From assembly GCA_963582805.1 (NCBI GenBank), contig CAUZTZ010000003.1, positions 1 through 39,172 on the forward strand: DNA of 39,172 nt. The letters run 5' to 3'. Source of the DNA: Alphaproteobacteria bacterium. Lineage in GTDB: Bacteria; Pseudomonadota; Alphaproteobacteria; Rhodospirillales; UBA2165. A model generated the notes under the pieces. The model was not told the DNA's origin and made no database searches. It saw nothing but the letters and a program-made list of their open reading frames with translations. The position numbers and the translations under genes are program-made. Below are positions 28,145 through 38,112 of this stretch, piece after piece; the first letter of the stretch is position 1, and every line of letters begins with the position of its first letter.

Positions 28145-30493
28145 CTAAATTTGCCCGTGAATGGCCCGCCACACTTTTTCTGGTGTGGCCGGCAAATCGA
28201 TGTGATCGACGCCAAATTCTTCCAGCGCATCGGTGATGGCGTTGATGATGCAGGCCATGGACGGCGTCGTGCCGCCCTCGCCGCCGCCCTTGACGCCGAG
28301 CGGATTGCCCGCCGTCGGCACTTCATGCATGGCAACCCGGAAGCTGGGCACATCACCGGCCCGCATCAGCGCGTAATCCATGAACGAGCCGCTTAGGATT
28401 TGCCCGCTGGCGGGATCATAGACGCAGTTTTCCATCAAGGCTTGCCCCACGCCCTGGACAATGCCGCCATGCACCTGGCCGTCGACTATCATCGGATTGA
28501 CGGCGCGGCCGACATCATCCACCTGGCTGTAGCGGACGATGTCTACCGCGCCGGTTTCCAAATCGACTTCCACTTCCGCCGCCGCGCAGCCATTGGGATA
28601 GGCCGGGATGCGGCCCTCGAAATCCGCATCGGCGGCCAGCCGCTGGCCCGCCATGCCGGGCACTTTGTCTGCCTCCAGGGCGGCGGCAACCGCGAAGATG
28701 CCGATTTGGCGGTCGGTGCCGGCGATCTGGAATGCGGCGCGCTCAAAGACGACGTCGGAGACGCCGGCCTCCAGCATGGCCGCTGCCGCGCGGGCGCCGG
28801 TCTCGATAATATCCGCGTCGCAGCGATGGATGAGGGTGCCGGCGATGCGCATGGAGCGGTTGGAATGGGTGCCGCCGCCGAGCTTGACCACATCGGTATC
28901 GCCGGTAGCCAGCTCAATGGCATCAAAGGGCACGCCAAGCTCGCCGGACACCACTTGGGCATAGGTGGTTTCGTGGCCCTGGCCGGTGGACTGGGTGCCG
29001 GCGACGATGCGCACGCAGCCATCACCGGTCAGCGTTACCTCGACCCGCTCGCGGATGGCGCCCACCGGCGCTTCCACATAGTTGCCAAAGCCGAGGCCGC
29101 GCCGCTTGCCGCGACTTTTAGCGTCTTCCTTGCGGGCCGCAAGGCCGGCCCAATCGGCCGCAGCCAAATTCTGGTCCATGATGCTTTCAAACTCGCCGCA
29201 GTCATAGATCAGCCCGGCCGCCGAGGTGTAGGGCATGGCGCTCGGCGGAATGATATTGCGGCGCCGTATCTCGGCCCGGTCCAGCCCCATCTCGCGGGCC
29301 GCGATATCGATCAGCCGTTCCATGTGATAGACCGCTTCCGGGCGTCCGGCGCCCCGGTAGACGCTGATCGAAACGGTGTTGGTGAGTACCCCCTGATAGC
29401 GCACGTGGAGCGCCGGTATATCGTACACCGTCGGCACCAGCCGCAGCCCGTTGGAGAGCGGCACATAGGATACGGCGTGGGCGCCCACATTGGTGATCAG
29501 GTGCACGCGCATGGCCAGGAAGCGCCCGTTCTTATCCAGCGCCAGGGCGGTGCGGGCCACCAGATCCCGGCATTGATGATCGCTGACGAAGGCTTCGGTG
29601 CGGTCCGACGTCCATTTGACGGCGCGGCCGATCCGTTTTGCGGCCCAGGCTGTCAGCACATATTCCCGGTACAGCGATCCCCTCGGCCCGAAGCCGCCGC
29701 CCACATCGCGGGTCACCACGCGGATATTTTCGGGCGCCATGCCCAACAGTCCGGCGAGCCCCATCTTATAGACGAACGATCCCTGGCTGCCGGTATAGAG
29801 GGTCAGGTTCCCGCCGGAAAACTCGGCGACGGCGGCGCGCGGCTCCAACTGGGCGTTGGCCACCCGGTTGGTGACGAACACTTGCTGGACGATATGATCG
29901 GCGGCATCGAACGCTTCGGTGGTTGCGGCGTCGTCGCCGTGCTCGCCATCGGCGCCGATATTGCCGGCGGCGCCGTCCCAAACGGTCGGGGCGGATGGAT
30001 CGAGAGCCGCCGATATGGTGGTAATTGCATCCAATATTTCATAATCCACCTGGACCAGTTCGGCGGCGTCTTGTGCGGCGGCGAGGGTTTCGGCGATCAC
30101 CATGGCCAGCGGCTCGCCGATATGGCGCACCTTGTCCGCAGCCAGGGGCGGGATCAGGGCCGAAAATATCTCCGAGCCGTCGGAATTTGCCAGCGCCTGT
30201 TTTTTGTAATCATAGGTGTGCGCCGGGTTGGCGCCGGGGCTGGACAAGGGGGCATGGCCGTCCGCCTGATAATCGGCACCGGTCAGGACGGCGGCGACGC
30301 CGGGCGCTGCTCGGGCGGCTTCTGCGCCGATGGATTTGATGATTGCATGGGCGTGGGGGCTGCGCACCAGTACGGCGTACAACTGGCCGTCCAAATTGAC
30401 ATCGTCGGAATAATTGCCGTTCCCGGTCAGCAGCCGCCAGTCTTCTTTGCGCGGCGGCGACGCGCCGATGCCGACAATCCCATCCCCATCCAT
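28145..30493 (-). CDS. Xanthine dehydrogenase family molybdopterin-binding subunit (CoxL form II-like)
   Basis: RKEDWRLLTG.G.Y.DD, VRSPHAHA, DVGGGFG, YRGAGRPEA, GQGHETT, GQVHGGIVQGVGQAL and GVKGGGEGG motifs. Start placed at MDGDG (uncertain). Confidence 0.92.
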   Translation of the reverse strand: MDGDGIVGIGASPPRKEDWRLLTGNGNYSDDVNLDGQLYAVLVRSPHAHAIIKSIGAEAARAAPGVAAVLTGADYQADGHAPLSSPGANPAHTYDYKKQALANSDGSEIFSALIPPLAADKVRHIGEPLAMVIAETLAAAQDAAELVQVDYEILDAITTISAALDPSAPTVWDGAAGNIGADGEHGDDAATTEAFDAADHIVQQVFVTNRVANAQLEPRAAVAEFSGGNLTLYTGSQGSFVYKMGLAGLLGMAPENIRVVTRDVGGGFGPRGSLYREYVLTAWAAKRIGRAVKWTSDRTEAFVSDHQCRDLVARTALALDKNGRFLAMRVHLITNVGAHAVSYVPLSNGLRLVPTVYDIPALHVRYQGVLTNTVSISVYRGAGRPEAVYHMERLIDIAAREMGLDRAEIRRRNIIPPSAMPYTSAAGLIYDCGEFESIMDQNLAAADWAGLAARKEDAKSRGKRRGLGFGNYVEAPVGAIRERVEVTLTGDGCVRIVAGTQSTGQGHETTYAQVVSGELGVPFDAIELATGDTDVVKLGGGTHSNRSMRIAGTLIHRCDADIIETGARAAAAMLEAGVSDVVFERAAFQIAGTDRQIGIFAVAAALEADKVPGMAGQRLAADADFEGRIPAYPNGCAAAEVEVDLETGAVDIVRYSQVDDVGRAVNPMIVDGQVHGGIVQGVGQALMENCVYDPASGQILSGSFMDYALMRAGDVPSFRVAMHEVPTAGNPLGVKGGGEGGTTPSMACIINAITDALEEFGVDHIDLPATPEKVWRAIHGQI

Positions 30494-30580
30494 TCCGCCG
30501 CCCCTCGCCGCGATTGTGTGTGTATTTTTCAGCTTAAGTCTGCACGCTCCGGCACGGAATGCCAAGGCTACGAATTCGGT

Positions 30581-30982
30581 TTAGCGGCTCCAATTCTCGA
30601 CGCGAAGGCCATCTACCCGGCTGAACTCGCGCTCGTTGTTGGTGACTAGTATCAGGCCTTCGGAGCGGGCGTGGCCGGCGATCATAAGATCATAAGGTCC
30701 AATGGGTGTGCCCGCTCGTTCAAGCGCGGCGCGTATTTCGCCATAATGTGCGGCGGCCGTATCCTCGAACGGCAAAACTGAAAGACGGGCAGCAAAACCT
30801 TCGACAGTTTCAAGATTGCGGTCTAGCCGAGATGATTTTTCCGCACCGAATAACAATTCGGCGAACGTTACACAAGAAATGCAAAGCTGTTCGACATGCT
30901 CGTTAAATATGTTGCGCAGTTCTACCGGGCGGTTCTTGATCACGTAGATGCAAATATCGGTGTCCAGCATATAGCGGAGCAC
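30581..30982 (-). CDS. vapC: VapC PIN-domain toxin (enteric tRNA-fMet-cleaving type)
   Basis: YMLDTDICIY, ELLFGAEKS, GPYDLMIAGHARS and VTNNEREF motifs; GTG start overlaps the vapB stop. Confidence 0.93.
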   Translation of the reverse strand: MLRYMLDTDICIYVIKNRPVELRNIFNEHVEQLCISCVTFAELLFGAEKSSRLDRNLETVEGFAARLSVLPFEDTAAAHYGEIRAALERAGTPIGPYDLMIAGHARSEGLILVTNNEREFSRVDGLRVENWSR

Positions 30983-31212
30983 TAAAATGATTCCCGTTTT
31001 TGTTGTTCGGGTTGGTTGCGATCAGCCAAGAAATCTTCGGAGGAGCCGGGGGCGTCGAAAAATGTGTCCCACGCGGTGCCCGCAGGCGTAATCAATCGCG
31101 CTTTTCCAAGCTTTACGATATCCACCCGTTTGACAGTGTCTGGTAACGCCACATCTTTGGGCAGGCGAACGGCTTGGCTTCGGTTGGATTTGAAAACGCT
31201 GGATTGGGTCAC
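30982..31212 (-). CDS. vapB: VapB antitoxin (AbrB/MazE-type)
   Basis: SVFKSNRSQAVRLPK, LITPAG.AWD.FFD and DFLADR.QP..Q.RESF motifs; GTG 31212 with GAGGA RBS. Confidence 0.93.
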   Translation of the reverse strand: MTQSSVFKSNRSQAVRLPKDVALPDTVKRVDIVKLGKARLITPAGTAWDTFFDAPGSSEDFLADRNQPEQQKRESF

Positions 31213-31228
31213 GGCATCCTCATAAGTT

Positions 31229-31293
31229 GGGATATACATAAGGGATATACGTTAAAATTAGATCGCAAATTGGGATATGTCAATGGGATATAC
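31229..31293 (-). promoter_or_regulatory. vapBC sigma70-type promoter with four operator-like repeats
   Basis: Minus-strand TTGACA (31278-31283), 17-bp spacer, TAATTT (31255-31260). Plus-strand GGGATATAC at 31229, 31242 and 31285, and GGGATATGT at 31272. Confidence 0.72.
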
Positions 31294-31296
31294 CGC

Positions 31297-32205
31297 CTAA
31301 ACCACCCGCCCGGCAATCATCGCGCCGAGCAGGAGCCAGCCGAACAGGCGGTTGGATTTGAATTTCACCAGACAATCCACCGGATCATCAAGATCGATAT
31401 TGCGCGCCTGCCAGGCCAGCTGCACGGCGCCCGCCGCGACGAATGCATAGAACGGCCATGACAATCCCGCCGCCCAGCCGGACGCGGCGGTCAGGGCGAT
31501 GGCGGCGGCGTAGAAGACATAGAGAAAGGGCCGCGTGGCGGGTCCGAATTTCAAGGCCAGGGACTTGATGCCGACCAGCGCATCGTCTTCTTTGTCCTGG
31601 TGGGCGTAGATGGTATCGTAGCCCAAGGTCCAGAAAATGCCGGCGGCATACAGCAAATAGGCCGGCAACCCCAGATCGCCGCGCACCGCCGCCCAGCCCA
31701 ACAATGCCCCCCAATTGAAGGCGAGGCCCAAAAAGAATTGCGGCCAGTAAGTGACGCGCTTCATGAACGGATAAATGACGATAAGCACAAGCGACGCGGC
31801 GCCGACGATGACCGCAAAGCGGTTGAACTGCAAAAGGATGGCGAGGCCGATCAACGCCAAGGCGCCCATATAGATCACCGCCTGCAGTACGCTGACGGCG
31901 CCCGATGGGATCGGCCGGTCGGCGGTGCGCGCCACGCGGCCATCGAAATCCCGGTCGGTGATGTCGTTGAAGGTGCAGCCCGCGCCGCGCATCACCAATG
32001 CGCCGAGCCCGAACAATACAAACAGATAGATATTCGGCCAGCCTTCGGCGGCGAGGGCAAGGGACCACCAGCAAGGGAACAGCAATAGCCAGGTGCCGAT
32101 CGGCCGGTCGAAGCGGGCCATGCGTGCATAGGGACGCGCCCCAGCCGGCAATAGCCGTTCGACCCAATTGCCTTTGGGGATGTCGCTGGCGGATATTTCG
32201 CTCAT
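31297..32205 (-). CDS. ubiA: 4-hydroxybenzoate polyprenyltransferase
   Basis: RFDRPIGTWLLL.PC, GAGCTFNDITDRDFD.RV.RT..RP, YPFMKR and YDTIYAHQDKEDD motifs. Confidence 0.96.
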   Translation of the reverse strand: MSEISASDIPKGNWVERLLPAGARPYARMARFDRPIGTWLLLFPCWWSLALAAEGWPNIYLFVLFGLGALVMRGAGCTFNDITDRDFDGRVARTADRPIPSGAVSVLQAVIYMGALALIGLAILLQFNRFAVIVGAASLVLIVIYPFMKRVTYWPQFFLGLAFNWGALLGWAAVRGDLGLPAYLLYAAGIFWTLGYDTIYAHQDKEDDALVGIKSLALKFGPATRPFLYVFYAAAIALTAASGWAAGLSWPFYAFVAAGAVQLAWQARNIDLDDPVDCLVKFKSNRLFGWLLLGAMIAGRVV

Positions 32206-32282
32206 GGCCGCATTATCCCGAGGTTTCGCCTTTGTTGACAAGCGTGATGGCAAATGCACCCGAGGAATGAGATTATGCGCTC

Positions 32283-33032
32283 ATGAGCGAAGCCTCCAAA
32301 ATCCGCCTCTATACGGAATCCCGGCTGGCCGCCGACGCCGGCGCGCCCCTGGATGCCGAGCAGGCCCATTATCTGAAAAACGTCATGCGCCGGGAGACCA
32401 GCGACATGGTGCTTTTGTTCAATGGCCAGGACGGCGAATGGCTGGCCGAGATCGCCGCCCTGGAACGGCGCGGCGGGCGCCTGCACGTACAGACCCAAAC
32501 CCGCCCCCATGTGGATGAAAGCGCCGCACCGTGGCTTTTGTTCGCACCCGTGAAGCGCCAGCAAAACGATCTGATCGCGCAAAAGGCCACCGAGCTGGGC
32601 GCCGCCGTCATTTGGCCGGTGATCACCCAGCACACCAATGCCGACCGTCTGCGCCTGGACCGAATGGGCGTCATTGCACGCGAGGCGGCGGAGCAGTGCG
32701 GCCGCCTGGGCCTGCCGGAAATTCGCGAACCGGTTCCCTTGGGAGCGGCCCTCGAAGTCTGGCCCGAAGACCGCGCGCTTCTGGTCATGGACGAGACCGG
32801 CGGCGGCGCGCCGATCGCCGAAGTGGCGGGCCAAATAGCCGCCGATGGGGACACCGGTATCGCCATCTTGATCGGCCCGGAAGGCGGCTTTGCGAAGGTA
32901 GAGCTTGACGGCCTCGCAAATCTCGCCTTTGTTAGGCGCGCTGGTCTCGGGCAGCGGATTCTCCGCGCCGAAACGGCGGCGATTGCGGCGCTGGCCTCGG
33001 TTCAGGCCATTGCCGGCGATTGGCGGCGGTAA
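32283..33032 (+). CDS. rsmE: 16S rRNA m3U1498 methyltransferase
   Basis: HYLKNVMR, QKATELG, EAAEQCGR, IGPEGG and LGQRILRAETA motifs. Confidence 0.96.
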   Translation: MSEASKIRLYTESRLAADAGAPLDAEQAHYLKNVMRRETSDMVLLFNGQDGEWLAEIAALERRGGRLHVQTQTRPHVDESAAPWLLFAPVKRQQNDLIAQKATELGAAVIWPVITQHTNADRLRLDRMGVIAREAAEQCGRLGLPEIREPVPLGAALEVWPEDRALLVMDETGGGAPIAEVAGQIAADGDTGIAILIGPEGGFAKVELDGLANLAFVRRAGLGQRILRAETAAIAALASVQAIAGDWRR

Positions 33033-33065
33033 GTTATGGCGGCGGCGTAGGTTTCGGACGTAACG

Positions 33066-34457
33066 ATGGATTCCACTAAATTGGACACCCAAAATAAGGT
33101 TGCGCCCGGCAAGGGCGACATCATCACCGGCACCGGCCAGCTGCACGCCTATATGGCGGCCGGCTGCAAACCGCCGGCCGACTGGCGCATCGGCACCGAG
33201 CACGAGAAATTCATCTTCGATCCCGATGGCTTCAAACCGGTTGCCTATGATGGGCCGAAAGGCATCGGCGCATTGCTCGATGGCCTCGTCCGTTTCGGCT
33301 GGGCGCCGGTTCTGGAAGGCGGCAACGTCATTGCGCTGACCAAGCCGGACGGCTCGTCGGTCACCTTGGAGCCCGGCGGCCAGTTGGAGCTTTCCGGCGC
33401 GCCGGTGGAAACCATTCATCAGACCTGCGCCGAGCTGACCGGCCATCTGAAACAGGTCAAGAAAATCACCGGCGAAATGGGTACCGGCGTCATGGGCATC
33501 GGCTATGCGCCCACCTGGGACATCGGCGACATCAGCTGGATGCCCAAGGGCCGCTACAAGATCATGCGCGACTATATGACCAAGCGCGGCAGCCTCGGCC
33601 ACCACATGATGCTCGCCACCTGTACGGTGCAGGTCAATCTGGATTTCTCCGACGAGGCGCGCATGGTTGAAATGTACCGCGCCGCCTTGGCCTTGCAGCC
33701 CCTCGCCACCGCGCTCTGGGCCAATTCGCCATTCAAGGGCGGCGCCAAGAACGGCTTTGCCAGCTATCGCAGTCACATCTGGACCGACACCGATCCGGAC
33801 CGTTGCGGCATGCTGCCCTTCGTTTTCGAAGACGGCTTCGGGTTCGAACGCTATGTGGAATATATCCTGGATGTGCCCATGTATTTCGTCTATCGGGACG
33901 GCGCCTATATCGATGCGTCGGGCCAGTCGTTCCGGGATTTCATGGACGCCAAACTGCCGGCGCTGCCCGGCGAAGTGCCGACCATCAAGGACTGGGAAGA
34001 CCATATGACCACGGTTTTTCCCGAAGTGCGCCTGAAGCAGTTCCTCGAAATGCGCGGCACCGACGGCGGGCCGTGGGGCAATCTTTGTGCCCTGCCGGCG
34101 TTTTGGGTGGGGCTGCTTTACGACGATGATGCCCTCGCCGCGGCTTCCGACCTGATCGGCGACTGGACGTTCGAAGAAATGGAGGCCTTGCGCAGCGCTG
34201 TGCCCCAATCCGCGCTGCGCACCAAATTTCGCGGCGGCACGGTGCAGGATATGGCGCTGGAAGTTTTGGCCATGGCCAAGGGCGGCCTCGCCCGGCGCGC
34301 CCGGCCCGACGGCAAAAGCGCCGACGAAACCGGGTTCCTGGATCCGTTGTTCGAGATCGCCCAGTCCGGCGTCACCCCGGCCGACGAAATCCTCGCCCTC
34401 TATGACGGCGCCTGGAACGGCGACGTAACGCCGGTGTTCGAAAAGCTGTCCTATTAG
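33066..34457 (+). CDS. gshA: Glutamate--cysteine ligase (plant/alphaproteobacterial type)
   Basis: [40 protein letters not shown] and [17 protein letters not shown] motifs. Confidence 0.95.
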   Translation: MDSTKLDTQNKVAPGKGDIITGTGQLHAYMAAGCKPPADWRIGTEHEKFIFDPDGFKPVAYDGPKGIGALLDGLVRFGWAPVLEGGNVIALTKPDGSSVTLEPGGQLELSGAPVETIHQTCAELTGHLKQVKKITGEMGTGVMGIGYAPTWDIGDISWMPKGRYKIMRDYMTKRGSLGHHMMLATCTVQVNLDFSDEARMVEMYRAALALQPLATALWANSPFKGGAKNGFASYRSHIWTDTDPDRCGMLPFVFEDGFGFERYVEYILDVPMYFVYRDGAYIDASGQSFRDFMDAKLPALPGEVPTIKDWEDHMTTVFPEVRLKQFLEMRGTDGGPWGNLCALPAFWVGLLYDDDALAAASDLIGDWTFEEMEALRSAVPQSALRTKFRGGTVQDMALEVLAMAKGGLARRARPDGKSADETGFLDPLFEIAQSGVTPADEILALYDGAWNGDVTPVFEKLSY

Positions 34458-35650
34458 ACCACTCCATCTTCGCGCATCGCCGCGATATCTGCTCCTGAAA
34501 TTCCGAGCGCGTTCAGCACTGCGTCGGTGTCGGCGCCGAGGATCGGCGGCGGGCCTTGCAGGTTGGCGGGGGTGTCAGAGAATTCATACGGGATGCCGAG
34601 GGCGCGGAAGGCGCCGGCCGTCGGATGATCCATTTCCACCACCATATCATTGGCGGCGGCCTGTTCGCTTTCCAGGGCCTGATCGACCGGGTAGATCATC
34701 GAGCACGAAATGCCGGCAGCTTGTAATTCCCCGATCCAGTCTTCCGCCGGTTTGGCGGCCAAGGCATCCCGCACCATTTCATCGACCGCGTCCCGGTTGA
34801 CCACCCGCCCGGCGTTGGTTTTGAAGTCCTCGTTCGCGCACCATTCCGGATGGCCGAGGAGGCCTGCGAGCTTGGCGAACTGGGAATCGTTGCCGACCGA
34901 CAGCGCGATCTCGCCCTCCTGACACGGGTAATCCCGGTAGGGCACGATGTTGGGATGGCCGTTGCCGTAGCGCCCCGGCGCCTCGCCGCCGACCAGGTAA
35001 TTGGCAGCCACATTGACCAGCATCGACAGGCTTGTATTGAACAAATTGACCGACACCTTTTGGCCCTTGCCGGTGCGCCCCCTGGCGTTGAGGGCGGCGA
35101 GGATGGTCATGGCCGCATACTGGCCGGTGCACACATCGACGATGGCGACGCCCAATTTGGCCGGCCCGCCGGCCTCGCTGCCGGTGATGCTCATCAGCCC
35201 GCTCTCGGCCTGCAACAAAAAATCATAGCCCGGCATGCCGCCCTTGGGCCCCTTTTCGCCATAGCCCGAAATCTGGCAATGAATGATTTGCGGCGCTTCG
35301 GCGGAAAGCCAATCGGCGTTGATGCCCAGTTTGGCCAAGGTGCCGGGCTTGAAGTTATCGATCAAAACATCGCCGCCGATGATCAGCCGCTTCAAGACAT
35401 CGAGTGCGCGCGCATCTTTCAGGTCCAGGGTGACGCTCTTCTTGCCCCGGTTGATGCCGAGGAAATAGGCGCTTTCGCCGCCGGCGAAGGGCGGGCCCCA
35501 GCCGCGCGTGTCGTCGCCCTTGCCGGGCTGCTCGATCTTGATGATCTCGGCGCCCATGTCGCCCAAATTCATGGTGCAGAACGGCCCCGCCAGAATGCGG
35601 GTGAGGTCAATAACGCGGATGCCCGCCAAGGCGCCTTCGCTGCCGGTCAT
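34454..35650 (-). CDS. CaiB/BaiF family III CoA-transferase
   Basis: [36 protein letters not shown] and [13 protein letters not shown] motifs. Confidence 0.93.
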   Translation of the reverse strand: MTGSEGALAGIRVIDLTRILAGPFCTMNLGDMGAEIIKIEQPGKGDDTRGWGPPFAGGESAYFLGINRGKKSVTLDLKDARALDVLKRLIIGGDVLIDNFKPGTLAKLGINADWLSAEAPQIIHCQISGYGEKGPKGGMPGYDFLLQAESGLMSITGSEAGGPAKLGVAIVDVCTGQYAAMTILAALNARGRTGKGQKVSVNLFNTSLSMLVNVAANYLVGGEAPGRYGNGHPNIVPYRDYPCQEGEIALSVGNDSQFAKLAGLLGHPEWCANEDFKTNAGRVVNRDAVDEMVRDALAAKPAEDWIGELQAAGISCSMIYPVDQALESEQAAANDMVVEMDHPTAGAFRALGIPYEFSDTPANLQGPPPILGADTDAVLNALGISGADIAAMREDGVV

Positions 35651-35651
35651 G

Positions 35652-36518
35652 TCAGCCGCTTGGCCGCCGGTTGCGGTCGTTCGTGAAGTCATCCATGTAG
35701 GCATCCATCTTGGCTTTGCGCTCCAGGCGGAATTTCTGGAAGTTGGGGGCCCGTTTTTCCATGAACGCGTTCATGCCTTCCAGGCTTTCCTCCGATCCCC
35801 AAATCTCGGCCAGCAGTTCCATGCCTTCCTGCCAGGAGGCGTATAGCGCGTCCCCTTCGTGGTTGAGGCTTTTCTTGGTGGCGCGCAATGTTTGCCCTGA
35901 AAAGCCCTTGATACGGCGGCACCACTCTTCGGTCTCGCTTTTTAAATCCGCCTTCGCCACCACCCGGTTGATGAGGCCAATGCGCACCGCTTCTTCCGCC
36001 GGGAACGTGCGGCAAAGAAAGATCATTTCCTTGGCCAGCCGGTCGCCGATCAGGCGCGGGATATATTGCGTCGCGCCCACCGTGGGACAGGCGCCGACCT
36101 TGGCGCCGGTTTGGCCGAAGATTCCATCTTCGGCGGAGATCACCAGATCGCACCACAATGCAAGCTCGTGGCCGCCGCCCATACAGGCGCCGTGCACCAT
36201 GGCGATCACCGGGATGGGGGCGCCGCGAATGGCCATGGCGAGGCCCAGCATGCGGTCGTTCCACATGACCGCGTTGGCCCGGTTGAGCTTCATCATGGCG
36301 TGGAAATCGCCGCCGGCGGAAAACGCCTTGTCGCCGGCGCCGGTGATGACGGCGCAAACGATGGACGGGTCTTCCCGGGTTGCCTTCACAGCATCGGTCA
36401 ACTCGTCCAATGTCTGTTCGCGAAAGGCGTTGCGCACTTCCGCGCGGTTGATGGTGATCCAGGCGGCGTCTTCGCGCACCTCGAACAGGATTTCCTTATA
36501 GTCTCGTCTCAGCGCCAC
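35652..36518 (-). CDS. Crotonase-family enzyme, BadI/MenB-like (possible ring-cleaving beta-ketoacyl-CoA hydrolase)
   Basis: WITINR..VRNAFR.QT, GAGDKAFSAGGD, GGGHEL, FGQTGAKVG and AKEMIFLCR resemble the BadI/MenB branch. Confidence 0.8.
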   Translation of the reverse strand: MALRRDYKEILFEVREDAAWITINRAEVRNAFREQTLDELTDAVKATREDPSIVCAVITGAGDKAFSAGGDFHAMMKLNRANAVMWNDRMLGLAMAIRGAPIPVIAMVHGACMGGGHELALWCDLVISAEDGIFGQTGAKVGACPTVGATQYIPRLIGDRLAKEMIFLCRTFPAEEAVRIGLINRVVAKADLKSETEEWCRRIKGFSGQTLRATKKSLNHEGDALYASWQEGMELLAEIWGSEESLEGMNAFMEKRAPNFQKFRLERKAKMDAYMDDFTNDRNRRPSG

Positions 36519-36539
36519 TTTGCGTTCTCCTCGATAAAA

Positions 36540-36974
36540 TTAATCCGCGTCTTGTTCGACTTCGATAAGCGTTCCCATGCAGTCCTTGGGGTGCAGGAAA
36601 AACAATTCGTGGCCGTGATGGCCGGGTTTTGGTGCCCCATCGCCAAGCACCCGAAGGCCCGCATCCGCCGCTGCCTTCGCCGCCGCGCCCGCATCGGGCG
36701 TTGCCACGCAGATATGATGCAGGCCGCCGGCCGGGTTACGGGCCAAAAACTTGCCCGCCGCCGATGCTTCGCTTGCGGGCTGCATCAATTCGATCTTGAT
36801 GTTGGCGAGTTGCACATAGGCAATGCGCATGTCCTCGCCCGGCACATCGATAGGCGCGCTTACCTCACAGCCGAATGTTTCCCGCCAGAACGCCGCCGCC
36901 GCGTCCAGATCGGGCACGGCGATGGAGATATGATCCACATGATTGGCCGGGATCGGCGCTGCCTCGTCGCCCAT
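36540..36974 (-). CDS. mce: Methylmalonyl-CoA epimerase family protein
   Basis: DHISIAVPDL, KIELMQP, FL.RNP.GGLHHIC, GHHG...FFLHPKD..GTLIEVEQ motifs. Confidence 0.88.
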   Translation of the reverse strand: MGDEAAPIPANHVDHISIAVPDLDAAAAFWRETFGCEVSAPIDVPGEDMRIAYVQLANIKIELMQPASEASAAGKFLARNPAGGLHHICVATPDAGAAAKAAADAGLRVLGDGAPKPGHHGHELFFLHPKDCMGTLIEVEQDAD

Positions 36975-37017
36975 GTTCGGACCCTCCCCAATGGTTGCGG
37001 CAATCTCGGATCGGCGC

Positions 37018-38040
37018 TCAGATTTTAATCAACTGCTTGCCGAAATTGTCGCTGGTCAACAGTTTCAAAAACGCCGCCGGCATGGCCTCGATGCCATCCA
37101 TGACGTCTTCGCGGAATTCCAAATGCCCCGCATTGCGGGCCGCGGCCAGGGCCTGATTGGCCTCGTCGTAATGATCGGCGAAATCGGTCACCAGAAAGCC
37201 CTGCATGCGGGATCGGTTAATCAGCAGCTGGCGGTTGAGGCGCAGCCCGATATCGGGCTGACCAAACGTCGCCGACAGCGCGATGGTGCCGCAAAGCGCG
37301 ATGCGCGCGCCCAAGGCCAGGTTCAGCATCACCGCATCCTGGATCGGACCCGACGTGTTGTCGAAATAAACATCGACGCCATCGGGGCAGGCCATACCCA
37401 TGGCGGCGGGTAGATCATCGCCGGCTTCCCGGTAATTGACGCCGGCATCAAAGCCGATCTCGGCGCACCAATCGAGCTTGGCTTGGGAGGACGCAACGGC
37501 CACCGTGCGGCAGCCATGATGTTTTGCGAGCTGCCCGGCCACCTGACCGACGGCGCCGGACGCCGCCGAGATGACCACGCAATCGCCGGGCTTGATCTGG
37601 GCCACATGAAACAACCCGAAATAGGCGGTGCGTCCGGGCATGCCGAGCCAGCCGAGGGAACTTTCGATGGGGGCAAGATTTGCGTCCACCCGGGCGATGC
37701 CGTCGGCGTCTCCGTCGAGCACGGCGAATTGCTGCCAGCCGAAGCCCATGGTCTCGGCGAAATCGCCCACCTTGAATTTGCCGGAGCGGCTTTCGATCAC
37801 CTCGCCGACGCCGCCGCCGGTCATCAACTGGCCGGGCTCGATACCGGGCGCGTAGTTTTTGGCAGGCGAGATGCGCCCCCGCATATAGGGATCGACGGAG
37901 AGGAAGCGCGCCGCCACCAATATCTCGCCGTCTTTGAGATCGGGTAGCGCGATATCTTCTTCCAGGCGGAAGGTGTCTGCATCGGGCATACCGCCCGGAT
38001 ATTCCGCCAATACCCAGCGCCGGTTTTTGATGTTGCTCAT
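37018..38040 (-). CDS. NADP-dependent alkenal/one (prostaglandin-reductase/CurA-like) oxidoreductase
   Basis: LSVDPYMRGR, LGMPGRTAYFGL, SAASGAVG, GVDVYFDN and NFGKQL motifs; GGAG upstream of ATG 38040. Confidence 0.92.
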   Translation of the reverse strand: MSNIKNRRWVLAEYPGGMPDADTFRLEEDIALPDLKDGEILVAARFLSVDPYMRGRISPAKNYAPGIEPGQLMTGGGVGEVIESRSGKFKVGDFAETMGFGWQQFAVLDGDADGIARVDANLAPIESSLGWLGMPGRTAYFGLFHVAQIKPGDCVVISAASGAVGQVAGQLAKHHGCRTVAVASSQAKLDWCAEIGFDAGVNYREAGDDLPAAMGMACPDGVDVYFDNTSGPIQDAVMLNLALGARIALCGTIALSATFGQPDIGLRLNRQLLINRSRMQGFLVTDFADHYDEANQALAAARNAGHLEFREDVMDGIEAMPAAFLKLLTSDNFGKQLIKI

Positions 38041-38112
38041 GACGAGGTCTCCCAATGATTGCGCCCGGATCGGCGGGTGCGGGATTTTAGTGCGGGGGCG
38101 GTGCTTTGCCAA

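Noticed and set aside
28145-30493. Bona fide aerobic CO dehydrogenase
   Set aside because: Lacks the form I AYxCSFR Cu-binding motif and has no coxM/coxS or accessory genes nearby.
28400-30649. Long antisense ORFs (749 aa here; also 32202..34208, 8335..9489, 5502..6458 and others)
   Set aside because: They are shadows of well-supported genes on the opposite strand, expected in GC-rich DNA, and show no protein motifs.
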